The position numbers were made by a program, and so were the translations under genes. The notes under the pieces are model-generated. The model worked only from the letters and a program-made list of their open reading frames with translations. It was not told where the DNA came from and searched no databases. A DNA stretch of 28,000 nucleotides from a virus (Duplodnaviria > Caudoviricetes), in the IMG/VR virus record IMGVR_UViG_3300012942_000116, positions 1 to 28,000 of that record; one strand, written 5' to 3'. Shown in pieces: positions 17,165-24,759 of the stretch (position 1 is its first letter; each line of letters starts with the position of its first letter).

Positions 17165-17351
17165 TAGACTTTCCTAAATTCTTTAAACGACGTACCAGGG
17201 CCTCACGTCGTGCAGCAGCCTGTCGATCCCGCTGCCTGTAGCCTAGCATGTCTACCGGGCCCATAGTGGGATTGGATCGGCCACTACCATAAACTTTATT
17301 GCCCGCAGAGTAGGCATTAAAGGTACCTTTAGTTGACCTTTGCGGGAACAA
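17157..17351 (-). CDS. small basic hypothetical protein
   Basis: 64-aa ORF filling the gap between two structural genes, with GGAG upstream of the TTG start. Confidence 0.6.
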   Translation of the reverse strand: MFPQRSTKGTFNAYSAGNKVYGSGRSNPTMGPVDMLGYRQRDRQAAARREALVRRLKNLGKSNG

Positions 17352-18882
17352 GTTCCTTCACTCCTAAAGTAGTATTGAGATTGAATAAACGGAAGGAAGT
17401 GAGTGCTTTAAGTGAATCGTACGTGGGGGCCTGCATTTTAACCGTAAAGACAACATTTCTAAATCGGAATGAGGTTGGGAATTTGACAAAAGAACGATCA
17501 TTTGTGTCTCCAACCTTAGTGGTTGTGTCATTAATTAGTGCCTCTCCATCGGCAGCTAAATAGGCTTGTCCCACAACCTGACCTAAGAAATTTATATCCG
17601 CGCCCCACCAAGTAAGGCGCTTGTAGTTAGCAGCATTATTGAAGTTATACTCTTTTGTAGAAATAGAACAAACAATCGCTGCATAGTAAGTATCTAATAA
17701 GGCGTCTGCGTTGCTGTATTTAGCAAAGGAGTCATACGGAACAGCAGCATCAATATCAATAGTAGCAACTACGCCGTAGTCTTCAATTCCCGGAGTGGAG
17801 ACTACATAGATGCTGTCTGAAAGATGAACCGCTTGGCCATAGGGAAGTCCATTGTTGATTAAGCCTGAGTTAATATCCTCGGGTAACCAGGCTGTCCAAG
17901 TACCTGTTTCCAAATTTAAAACTAGTGCAACAAAACCATGTACAGCGTCACTACAAATTAAAAAGTGGTCGATTAAACATAAGCAGTAACTAGCCAGATC
18001 AATACTACCTTTAAGGATACTGATCTGGTCGCCAATAGGGCTAAACGTGAAGTTAGAAAAAGAATAGAAAGATTTGCGATGAACCAGGAAAAGAGAGTTT
18101 TCATATGCAACTACGCGATTAAGGTCCCCAACTCCAATAGCAGAGTTGATTAATTTAAGAATTCCATCTTCTAGGGCGGAATCGAAAGCAAAGTAATAAG
18201 TAGAATCCGTCTTAAGAAGCAGTAAGTTGTCATTGTAGACAACGATATCAATTAATTGTTGACCATCACCTTGACCAACGGGTAAAAAGTTTTCCGCATT
18301 CCATAATCCTCCTCCTGATAAATCGGTAGTACCTACAGGGATAGGATCAGTAAACCATAATTGATAGCGAGTAGGATCAGTAGTAAAATGATCTGGAACA
18401 ACCCAAAGACGAGTTTTATGAACTACTGCATTTCCACCACGACGTTGCTCTGATTGAGTAGTCCAATCAGTTCCGTCCCAATAGCCACCGTCTGTACCTG
18501 AATCAGAAGTTGCAAAAACATAGACAACACTCTGGTATTGAATAGCACAGGTAGACTTAACACCTGAAACAATCTCAGTAACTACTTTAGTAGAAATGTT
18601 AAGTGCATAAACAGCCCAAGTATCTAATGCGTCATTAGAAGCGCACAGAATTGCGTAGTTGTCTGTGGAGGTAGAATACTTACCAATTACTTTTACACGA
18701 GGTAAAGTAATTTTCTGTAAACCAAGCAAATTGATGCCAGGACGTTGAGTGTAACTTCCATCAGTTTCCATGAAGAAGTTGTTGCACTGACTTAGTTCTT
18801 GATCTGCAATGGAACTAGCGTCAGCAGCATTGTTAAGACCCCCTGTAAAGGGACCTAGGGTTACTGACTGCGGGCGTCCCAT
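17329..18882 (-). CDS. putative tail nozzle / head-closure protein (tail tubular B or P22 gp10-like beta-propeller)
   Basis: N-terminal FTGGLN...I...E...C.N....DG....RPG pattern and beta-rich body. ATG 18882 is TAATG-coupled to the adaptor gene. Confidence 0.65.
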   Translation of the reverse strand: MGRPQSVTLGPFTGGLNNAADASSIADQELSQCNNFFMETDGSYTQRPGINLLGLQKITLPRVKVIGKYSTSTDNYAILCASNDALDTWAVYALNISTKVVTEIVSGVKSTCAIQYQSVVYVFATSDSGTDGGYWDGTDWTTQSEQRRGGNAVVHKTRLWVVPDHFTTDPTRYQLWFTDPIPVGTTDLSGGGLWNAENFLPVGQGDGQQLIDIVVYNDNLLLLKTDSTYYFAFDSALEDGILKLINSAIGVGDLNRVVAYENSLFLVHRKSFYSFSNFTFSPIGDQISILKGSIDLASYCLCLIDHFLICSDAVHGFVALVLNLETGTWTAWLPEDINSGLINNGLPYGQAVHLSDSIYVVSTPGIEDYGVVATIDIDAAVPYDSFAKYSNADALLDTYYAAIVCSISTKEYNFNNAANYKRLTWWGADINFLGQVVGQAYLAADGEALINDTTTKVGDTNDRSFVKFPTSFRFRNVVFTVKMQAPTYDSLKALTSFRLFNLNTTLGVKELVPAKVN

Positions 18883-19520
18883 TAGTATTCGCTTTCCTGA
18901 ATTACTGGGTACGAAGAGCGATCGAACCAAGCTTCGTTTTGGATATAACGCTCAATCTGTTGATTGATTTGACTGAACTTCATTTGATACATTTCAAGAT
19001 TCTCATCCATCTCATAAGCCTTCATGAGACAGAAGTCGAGAACCGTATTGTGGTAATATTGAGGAATCTCTAAGTCGTCAGCAAGAGAGGTAATAGTTTG
19101 GGGATAACGAGTGTAGATTAGTTTAAAGTAGTCATTGACTGAGGCTACAGGAGCCGGAAATACTTCAACGTATCCACTGTTCTCTCCACGAGAAAACACA
19201 ATCGGGTAGTCCGAATAATTAGGGTGTGCTTTAAAACGTTTTTCAAAGTCTCGTGGACTAACATTTGAAAGAACTTTGTATTCCCCAAATAAGTCGAACG
19301 AAAGAACTACCAGGTTGAGAAAATTTGTAGGTAATTTATAGGAAGACTGCCCGGCTACAGAAGCAAACGTCGTAGTGGTACGGAGAAGATCATCGTGCTG
19401 TGTAGCGATTTCTCGTTGCGCGTCATTAATCCAAGAAATAATGTCATTCTGGCCTAACTGCACACCAGCGAGGTCACCAAAGATCTTCTTGGTACGGTTG
19501 AAAACGTCGTTTGCGTTCAC
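18882..19520 (-). CDS. putative head-tail adaptor (tail tubular protein A-like)
   Basis: WINDAQREI, GQSSYKLP, VFPAP and IPQYYH...KAYE patterns. Located upstream of the nozzle-like gene. Confidence 0.65.
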   Translation of the reverse strand: MNANDVFNRTKKIFGDLAGVQLGQNDIISWINDAQREIATQHDDLLRTTTTFASVAGQSSYKLPTNFLNLVVLSFDLFGEYKVLSNVSPRDFEKRFKAHPNYSDYPIVFSRGENSGYVEVFPAPVASVNDYFKLIYTRYPQTITSLADDLEIPQYYHNTVLDFCLMKAYEMDENLEMYQMKFSQINQQIERYIQNEAWFDRSSYPVIQESEY

Positions 19521-19544
19521 TTTTTTACCTAACGGACTGGACGG

Positions 19545-19988
19545 CTAACGGACTGGCCGAAGTTGGTCGTCCACTTTTCGATTTTTACCTAGTTGCAGGT
19601 AGCTCTTGTTATTTGCTGCTACAAAGGCAACAAAGTCTTTCTTTTCCTCTGCTAAGTCCATCTGACGCTTCATTTCAAGTGCACGAACGGCCGCGTTGTG
19701 AGCGTCTAAACGTTTTAAGACGTCTCCGTGCTTACTGTCTCCGTCAAAAAGACGAGCAAGAATAGATTCAGGACTATCTAATTCACCAGCAAAAAGAACT
19801 GCGGAATTAGTAAAGGTGTCCCAAACAACATAAGGTTTTTGCGTTTCAGAAGTTCGTTGGTCGTAAGGAATCCAACGAAGTTCGAACTGCGGATCGTAGT
19901 CTTGAATTACGCGGGCAAGTCGTTCGAAGCGCTCTGAAACGAATCTACCATCATCGGCTGGAATTAATGGATCAATTGTATTGAACAC
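19545..19988 (-). CDS. hypothetical protein
   Basis: 147-aa ORF in the structural operon, coupled to the upstream stop (TAGTG). Confidence 0.7.
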   Translation of the reverse strand: MFNTIDPLIPADDGRFVSERFERLARVIQDYDPQFELRWIPYDQRTSETQKPYVVWDTFTNSAVLFAGELDSPESILARLFDGDSKHGDVLKRLDAHNAAVRALEMKRQMDLAEEKKDFVAFVAANNKSYLQLGKNRKVDDQLRPVR

Positions 19989-20209
19989 TACTCTGCTGCT
20001 TCCTCAGTAGGCTCAGGTGCAGTGTACTCGCCTGAGTCAAAGTCATAAGTATAACCAATAGCTACAGGAGAGCCCATAGGAAGAACTTTTACAGTCCTAG
20101 AAGAATCAGGATAAACAAAAGTAGTGTTCATTTCGGCATCAGCGTCAACGACAATTACGTTTTCCACTAAGCCCTCCGAGTTGATAACAGCAGCACTTGC
20201 AGCAGTCAT
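19988..20209 (-). CDS. small acidic protein, possible tail-fibre chaperone
   Basis: 73 aa (G.VENVIV ... IGYTYD..SGEYTAP), directly after the Gly-rich gene. Confidence 0.55.
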   Translation of the reverse strand: MTAASAAVINSEGLVENVIVVDADAEMNTTFVYPDSSRTVKVLPMGSPVAIGYTYDFDSGEYTAPEPTEEAAE

Positions 20210-20218
20210 TTTTATTCC

Positions 20219-21046
20219 TTAATTGTAGTAAAAGGTAAATTTAGCTACACCAGGAGTTCCGGCACCAGAAGTAGCACTAAAACTAATAGATTTAGTGCCT
20301 GCTGCCCCTCCACCAGAACCAAATCCACTACCCTGAGAAGCAACTACAGAAGCAGTTGAAGAAGCAGCACCTAATCCACCTGTACCCCAGAATCCTGTCT
20401 TAACTCCACTTCTTTGAGAGGCATCTGTGAAAATACCTTCTCCAGGTGCTCCTTGAAAACCTACAGATCTTGGATTAGTGGCAGAATTAGCTAATGATCC
20501 GTAAGGGCTACGTGTTGAAGAACTTGCGTACAAATTAGAGGTAGAACCTCCACCATCTGGATCAGTTTCAAAAGGATATCTGTATCCTACTCCGGCTCCG
20601 TCTGCTCCTACGGTAACACCAAATAAAGTAGTAGCACCACTAGCTATTCCTACAGAACAAGAGCCCCAAGAAGTAGTTCCGCCAGCGTTTCCAGTGAGCG
20701 TGGCACTTTGAGCTGGACCAACTGCTGCGCCTCCTGCTCCAATTACAACTGCTTGTTGACTATACAATTCGATTGGAAGTTCAATGCAAGCATAGGGTCC
20801 GCTAGTACCACCTGAAACACTAAGGGAGCTGTTAGTGGAATTAGCATTACCAGAACCTCCACCTGCTACTAATTCAATTTTAACTCGCTTTGCGCCAGCA
20901 GTGGCAGCAGGAGAAGTTCCTGAAATTGTCATTGTAGTAACATCAGGAGTTTTGGTGGAAACAGAGGCAGCCGCGTCAAGGACGTCTGTCTTAGTCGCTA
21001 AACTAGACAGGTCTACAGGAACAGGAGGATATTTTACGAGTCCCAT
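20219..21046 (-). CDS. glycine-rich tail fibre / receptor-binding-like protein
   Basis: ELVAGGGSG, VVIGAGGA, GNAGGTTSWG, GFGSGGGA and GAGTPG Gly-rich repeats. Confidence 0.6.
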   Translation of the reverse strand: MGLVKYPPVPVDLSSLATKTDVLDAAASVSTKTPDVTTMTISGTSPAATAGAKRVKIELVAGGGSGNANSTNSSLSVSGGTSGPYACIELPIELYSQQAVVIGAGGAAVGPAQSATLTGNAGGTTSWGSCSVGIASGATTLFGVTVGADGAGVGYRYPFETDPDGGGSTSNLYASSSTRSPYGSLANSATNPRSVGFQGAPGEGIFTDASQRSGVKTGFWGTGGLGAASSTASVVASQGSGFGSGGGAAGTKSISFSATSGAGTPGVAKFTFYYN

Positions 21047-21351
21047 TAGGTGATCTTCTTACCGTTGATGTGAACTGCTAAACAGTTAGCGTTAGAACCT
21101 TGAACGTTAACTTTCTTTCCTGTAGCTAGAACTTCATAGCCAGTCCAAGAAAGAACGTCGCCAGGAGACATTGCTGTCCCCGCAATTAGTTCAATTCCAT
21201 CCAACTTGATAGTAATAGTTGAAGCAGTAGTTTTACAGGTAACCGTGATAGACGAGATAACCGCTGTAGTGTTTGCCTCTACAGTGTATTCGTCAGCAGC
21301 TACTGTAGGAGCATAGCCTCTAAAAAAATTAGCCTCTGTAAACGTAGGCAT
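21046..21351 (-). CDS. small beta-rich structural protein
   Basis: 101-aa ORF (YTV...TTAVISSITV...) coupled to the Gly-rich gene. Confidence 0.6.
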   Translation of the reverse strand: MPTFTEANFFRGYAPTVAADEYTVEANTTAVISSITVTCKTTASTITIKLDGIELIAGTAMSPGDVLSWTGYEVLATGKKVNVQGSNANCLAVHINGKKIT

Positions 21352-21352
21352 T

Positions 21353-22000
21353 TTAGAATCCCATCGACATTAACATTTCGATTTGTAAGTTGTTCATCAA
21401 ACTACCTACAAGTGTGCTTACAGAGTTAGCAGCGTTCGTGGCCGCGTCTGTGGCAGTAGTCGCGCTATTAGCGGCATTGGTTGCACTATTGGTGGCGCTA
21501 GTTGCTGCGTTAGAAGCAGTAGTAGCGTCCGCAGAAATTTGATCAATAGTTGTATTTGCTGCATTTGAAATTGCTTGAATGTTTTTCAATAGCGTAATGT
21601 AATCTACGCCTGCTAGGACGGCTACAGTAGGTTCTCCGTCAGGAACTAGATTAAGGTCGAGTTCGTCTGTTCCCACGAAAACTTGGAAGTACTTAACAAC
21701 AGTGATAGTTCGGTCTCCCCCGAAATCTACAATTGCTTTAAATACTCCACTGAATGCAGTTACTGTAGCACCAGAAGAATCTACAAATCCTTCTTGGTCA
21801 CAGTGAGGAAAATCGAAAGTAACAGTACCTTCGTTGTCTGTAAGGTTGCTATCAATTAAGTAAAGTTCATCACCTGTAGCGGTCCAAACTAAATTTCGAT
21901 CAAGAGAAACTGTAGCAGTAATTGACGCAACCGTTCCAAGAACGTCAAGACTACCGCCAAAGGAAACTTCAGCGGTTGTAATTCCTTCAGGTAGCGCCAT
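21353..22000 (-). CDS. putative tail-fibre N-terminal / minor structural protein
   Basis: Beta-rich N-terminus followed by an A/T/S/N heptad repeat (ATTASNAATSATNSATNAANSATTA). GGAG RBS. Confidence 0.55.
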   Translation of the reverse strand: MALPEGITTAEVSFGGSLDVLGTVASITATVSLDRNLVWTATGDELYLIDSNLTDNEGTVTFDFPHCDQEGFVDSSGATVTAFSGVFKAIVDFGGDRTITVVKYFQVFVGTDELDLNLVPDGEPTVAVLAGVDYITLLKNIQAISNAANTTIDQISADATTASNAATSATNSATNAANSATTATDAATNAANSVSTLVGSLMNNLQIEMLMSMGF

Positions 22001-22030
22001 TACTTTGCTCCGTTCTTGAACGCTAACCTT

Positions 22031-22075
22031 AAGAAAGGGCTACAGGGGCCAGAAGCCTAGATTCCCCTGTAGCCC
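22031..22075 (-). terminator. intrinsic terminator after the major capsid gene
   Basis: On the - strand: gggctacagggg-aatctaggcttctgg-cccctgtagccc-tttctt, a perfect 12-bp stem plus U-rich tail starting 10 nt after the stop. Confidence 0.8.
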
Positions 22076-22085
22076 AATCTTAAAA

Positions 22086-23306
22086 TTAACCTTCGATGAG
22101 GTCCTTTAAGCGAGCGTGAGCGTTACGTCGGTGTGTACCAAGTTCCATGTAACGGAACATAGTTGCCGAGTAAGCGTCATACTTACCAGTCGAGTCAGAA
22201 ACTCGCTCCCACCGCGAACCGTCACGATCCATGAAGGCCCAGTCGTCCTCTGCGTAAATCTTGATTTCCTTCTCGTTGAGGAAAACAATCTCATTACTGG
22301 GAGAGTCAACGTCGTCAACCATCGGAATTTCCGTACCATTGTACGTAAACCCAAGAGCCTTAAAACCACCCTCAAAATCAAGAGTATTAGTAATACGACG
22401 TTGCTGTGAAAGAAGATTGAAGTAAGCACGACGAACACCAAGACCCATAAAGGCCGCTGTCGGCGTGCCACCACCCTTCTTACGAAGTTGGTCACAGATA
22501 TCAATTGCAAGACCCTCAGTAAACGCACGAAGCGTTCCACCGTTGTCGTCAACAATTGATTTCCAGACCGGAACAGTACTCGGATCAACTCCGTAAAGTT
22601 CGCCCTCGTCCTGAACAATGGCTCCTAAACCAGTAATTTCGTTATTGAGGTTACCAGTACGAACTAAGTAGTCACCAGAAGCGGACGAAGTACCCGCCGC
22701 AGTAGTGAACGTAACCGTAGTAGTAGTACCATCCGACGAAAGACCAGTAATAGTTTTACCAGAAGCCCGAAGAGTATCAGTGTTATCATAAATATCGATA
22801 ACCATATCCTCTTCAAGATACGTAGCCTGAGCGTCACTACACTTAAAAGTAGTAGTAGAACCGGCAGCGTTAGCAACCGCAAGAGTACCCGAACCGTCAC
22901 CATAAACTTGGCGAGCAAGGTCCTTGCGAAGGTACTCTTTCAGACCAGTAACTTCTTGGTCAAGAGCAGAAGCAAAAGCCTGGAAGTTTTTCTCAGCAAG
23001 AGCAAAAGTCTGACCAGTAAGTTGGATAGAACCATAAAGGTTCATAAGAGGAATGTAAGCAGACTCGTAACTTTGCTTGCCCGGAACAGGAAGAGCCTGT
23101 CCTTCAGCACGCGCACCAAGACCTTGGTTGCGCTTAGTACGAATTGGGAATCGAACGTAACTACCGCCAACTTCAGAAGTAACACCTTCCGAAGAAGTTT
23201 CGATTCGCTTAAGACCAGTAACTTCAGTTTGAAGTTGATCGTGGACCGTGCCTTCATAAATCTCTTTAAGGAGATTAGAGACAGTGGTCATAGTAGCGCC
23301 AGCCAC
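22086..23306 (-). CDS. major capsid protein (HK97 fold)
   Basis: 406 aa following the scaffold gene. LKEIYEG, LRKDLARQVYGDGSG and ELGTHRRNAHARL patterns. AGGAG RBS, followed by a terminator. Confidence 0.85.
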   Translation of the reverse strand: MAGATMTTVSNLLKEIYEGTVHDQLQTEVTGLKRIETSSEGVTSEVGGSYVRFPIRTKRNQGLGARAEGQALPVPGKQSYESAYIPLMNLYGSIQLTGQTFALAEKNFQAFASALDQEVTGLKEYLRKDLARQVYGDGSGTLAVANAAGSTTTFKCSDAQATYLEEDMVIDIYDNTDTLRASGKTITGLSSDGTTTTVTFTTAAGTSSASGDYLVRTGNLNNEITGLGAIVQDEGELYGVDPSTVPVWKSIVDDNGGTLRAFTEGLAIDICDQLRKKGGGTPTAAFMGLGVRRAYFNLLSQQRRITNTLDFEGGFKALGFTYNGTEIPMVDDVDSPSNEIVFLNEKEIKIYAEDDWAFMDRDGSRWERVSDSTGKYDAYSATMFRYMELGTHRRNAHARLKDLIEG

Positions 23307-23340
23307 TTTGAACTCCTAAAATCTAAAAGGTTTTTATAAG

Positions 23341-24219
23341 TTAACTTTGCTGAGCCGTAGCCTGTAATTGCGCTGCAATTGCGGCACGACGCTCCGCAGG
23401 AGTAGCAGTCTTGGGATCAAACTGGCTACTCGGAGCAATTCCGCCTCCACCTAAAACTTGTGGAGCAGCGACTCGTTGTTGCTGGGTCTTAACTTCATTA
23501 ACAAAGTTAAAGTACTGCTCAACATAAGGCTTAAGCGACGTGACATTCTTTCCAGCATTAACATCTTGAAGAGCCTTGGTAATTACCCAACCCTCATCAA
23601 ATTGACCTTGGGCCTTGAATTCCTCTTTGAGGCTGGTAATTTCATCAACTACTTTTTGATCTTCGGCCTGCTGTGCCTTTTGCTGCTGTTCAGAAAGAAG
23701 TGCCTGAGCCATTGTGTTAACAATGGTTTCAATTTCCTTAAATTTAGGATGATTAAGGAAATCACTCGGAATCTCTGCGCTACCATCCCCAGGTTCCTGC
23801 CCCGACGGTTCTTCGGCTACAGGAGGTAATAAACCATTGTCAGTCACGTACTGCTGTAAACTCTGGAAAACTTTAACAGGGTCTTGCTCTAAAGCTTGCT
23901 GTAAAGTAATTGCCTGTTGAATTTGTTCAGGTTGCAGTCCCGCGTCCTTGAAAGGCTTAAACGGTTCCCACTGAGTTTGGACCTCTTGGATTTTACGAGA
24001 AAAATTAGAATCCCAATTTTTAAAATGCGGTGTAACTTGACTGTGAAGTTGCTGCGGGATGATTTGCATAACTTCATCCCAAGCACTCGACAAAGCTTTA
24101 TCTGCCCCACTATCTCCATCAGCAGGAGAACCAATTGGATTTTCCTGTGCAATTGGAGTTTCGGCTACAGAAGTTGTAGGTGCTTCGGGCTCGGGTGCAG
24201 TGCCACTTGGAACAGACAT
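23341..24219 (-). CDS. capsid scaffolding protein
   Basis: 292 aa with an acidic Pro-rich N-terminus, helical middle and C-terminal ERRAAIAAQL helix, directly upstream of the capsid gene. Confidence 0.7.
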   Translation of the reverse strand: MSVPSGTAPEPEAPTTSVAETPIAQENPIGSPADGDSGADKALSSAWDEVMQIIPQQLHSQVTPHFKNWDSNFSRKIQEVQTQWEPFKPFKDAGLQPEQIQQAITLQQALEQDPVKVFQSLQQYVTDNGLLPPVAEEPSGQEPGDGSAEIPSDFLNHPKFKEIETIVNTMAQALLSEQQQKAQQAEDQKVVDEITSLKEEFKAQGQFDEGWVITKALQDVNAGKNVTSLKPYVEQYFNFVNEVKTQQQRVAAPQVLGGGGIAPSSQFDPKTATPAERRAAIAAQLQATAQQS

Positions 24220-24269
24220 TTTACTACTTTCTTACTATTGGCTTCTTATATTTTTACCTTCCGGCAACC

Positions 24270-24746
24270 TTATTTAAAGGAGTCCGGCTGGGTAAGAGTG
24301 CGGGCCGCAAAAACCTTATCGTTAAGAGTCATTTTGTTGACGTCGTAACCGTTCGCGGTAAGGAAGGTGTCTAAATTACCAATGGAGTCGTAAGGACGAC
24401 TAGCAACTAACACTGCTTTGTCCCCTGCGGCAGTTGAAGCTTTTGCGGCCGGACTAAACGTGAGAGTTGCCGAACCAGAGGTTTGGGCAAAAGAAACTGC
24501 TTGGAAAACAGTGTCTTCTTTAAAAGCGCTGGCAGAAGTTTGCAAAGCAAACGACTCACCTGAGCGTAGGACGTTAGTTCCGTCCGTTAGATCAGGTGCG
24601 CCACCAACGATAGTAGTAGTTGAACCTGCGCCCGTTGCGACAAAAACAGTAGGACCAAGAGGCTCAACACTACCAGACTGGGCATCGTCTTTAACTCGAT
24701 GCTTATCTAAGAAATTTAACTCCGGCGGAGTAAGTTGATTTCCCAT
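24270..24746 (-). CDS. hypothetical virion-associated protein
   Basis: 158-aa ORF between portal and scaffold. Its central beta-rich part resembles the internal GSTTT...TVTF..AA..S.A.GD segment of the capsid protein. Confidence 0.6.
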   Translation of the reverse strand: MGNQLTPPELNFLDKHRVKDDAQSGSVEPLGPTVFVATGAGSTTTIVGGAPDLTDGTNVLRSGESFALQTSASAFKEDTVFQAVSFAQTSGSATLTFSPAAKASTAAGDKAVLVASRPYDSIGNLDTFLTANGYDVNKMTLNDKVFAARTLTQPDSFK

Positions 24747-24759
24747 TACTTATTAACCA

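Noticed and set aside
17244-19142. Motif-free gaps (also 22075-23814 covering the capsid gene, and 25619-27317)
   Set aside because: With mean spacing near 460 bp and about 60 intervals, a few gaps of 1.7-1.9 kb are close to random expectation. They cannot be called significant without a test.
21420-21530. A/T/S/N repeat in the 215-aa protein as a DNA tandem repeat
   Set aside because: The codons vary between units, so it is a protein-level heptad repeat common in fibre stalks.
22076-22120. Programmed frameshift or read-through extending the capsid protein
   Set aside because: No slippery heptamer before the TAA, and a terminator hairpin follows directly.
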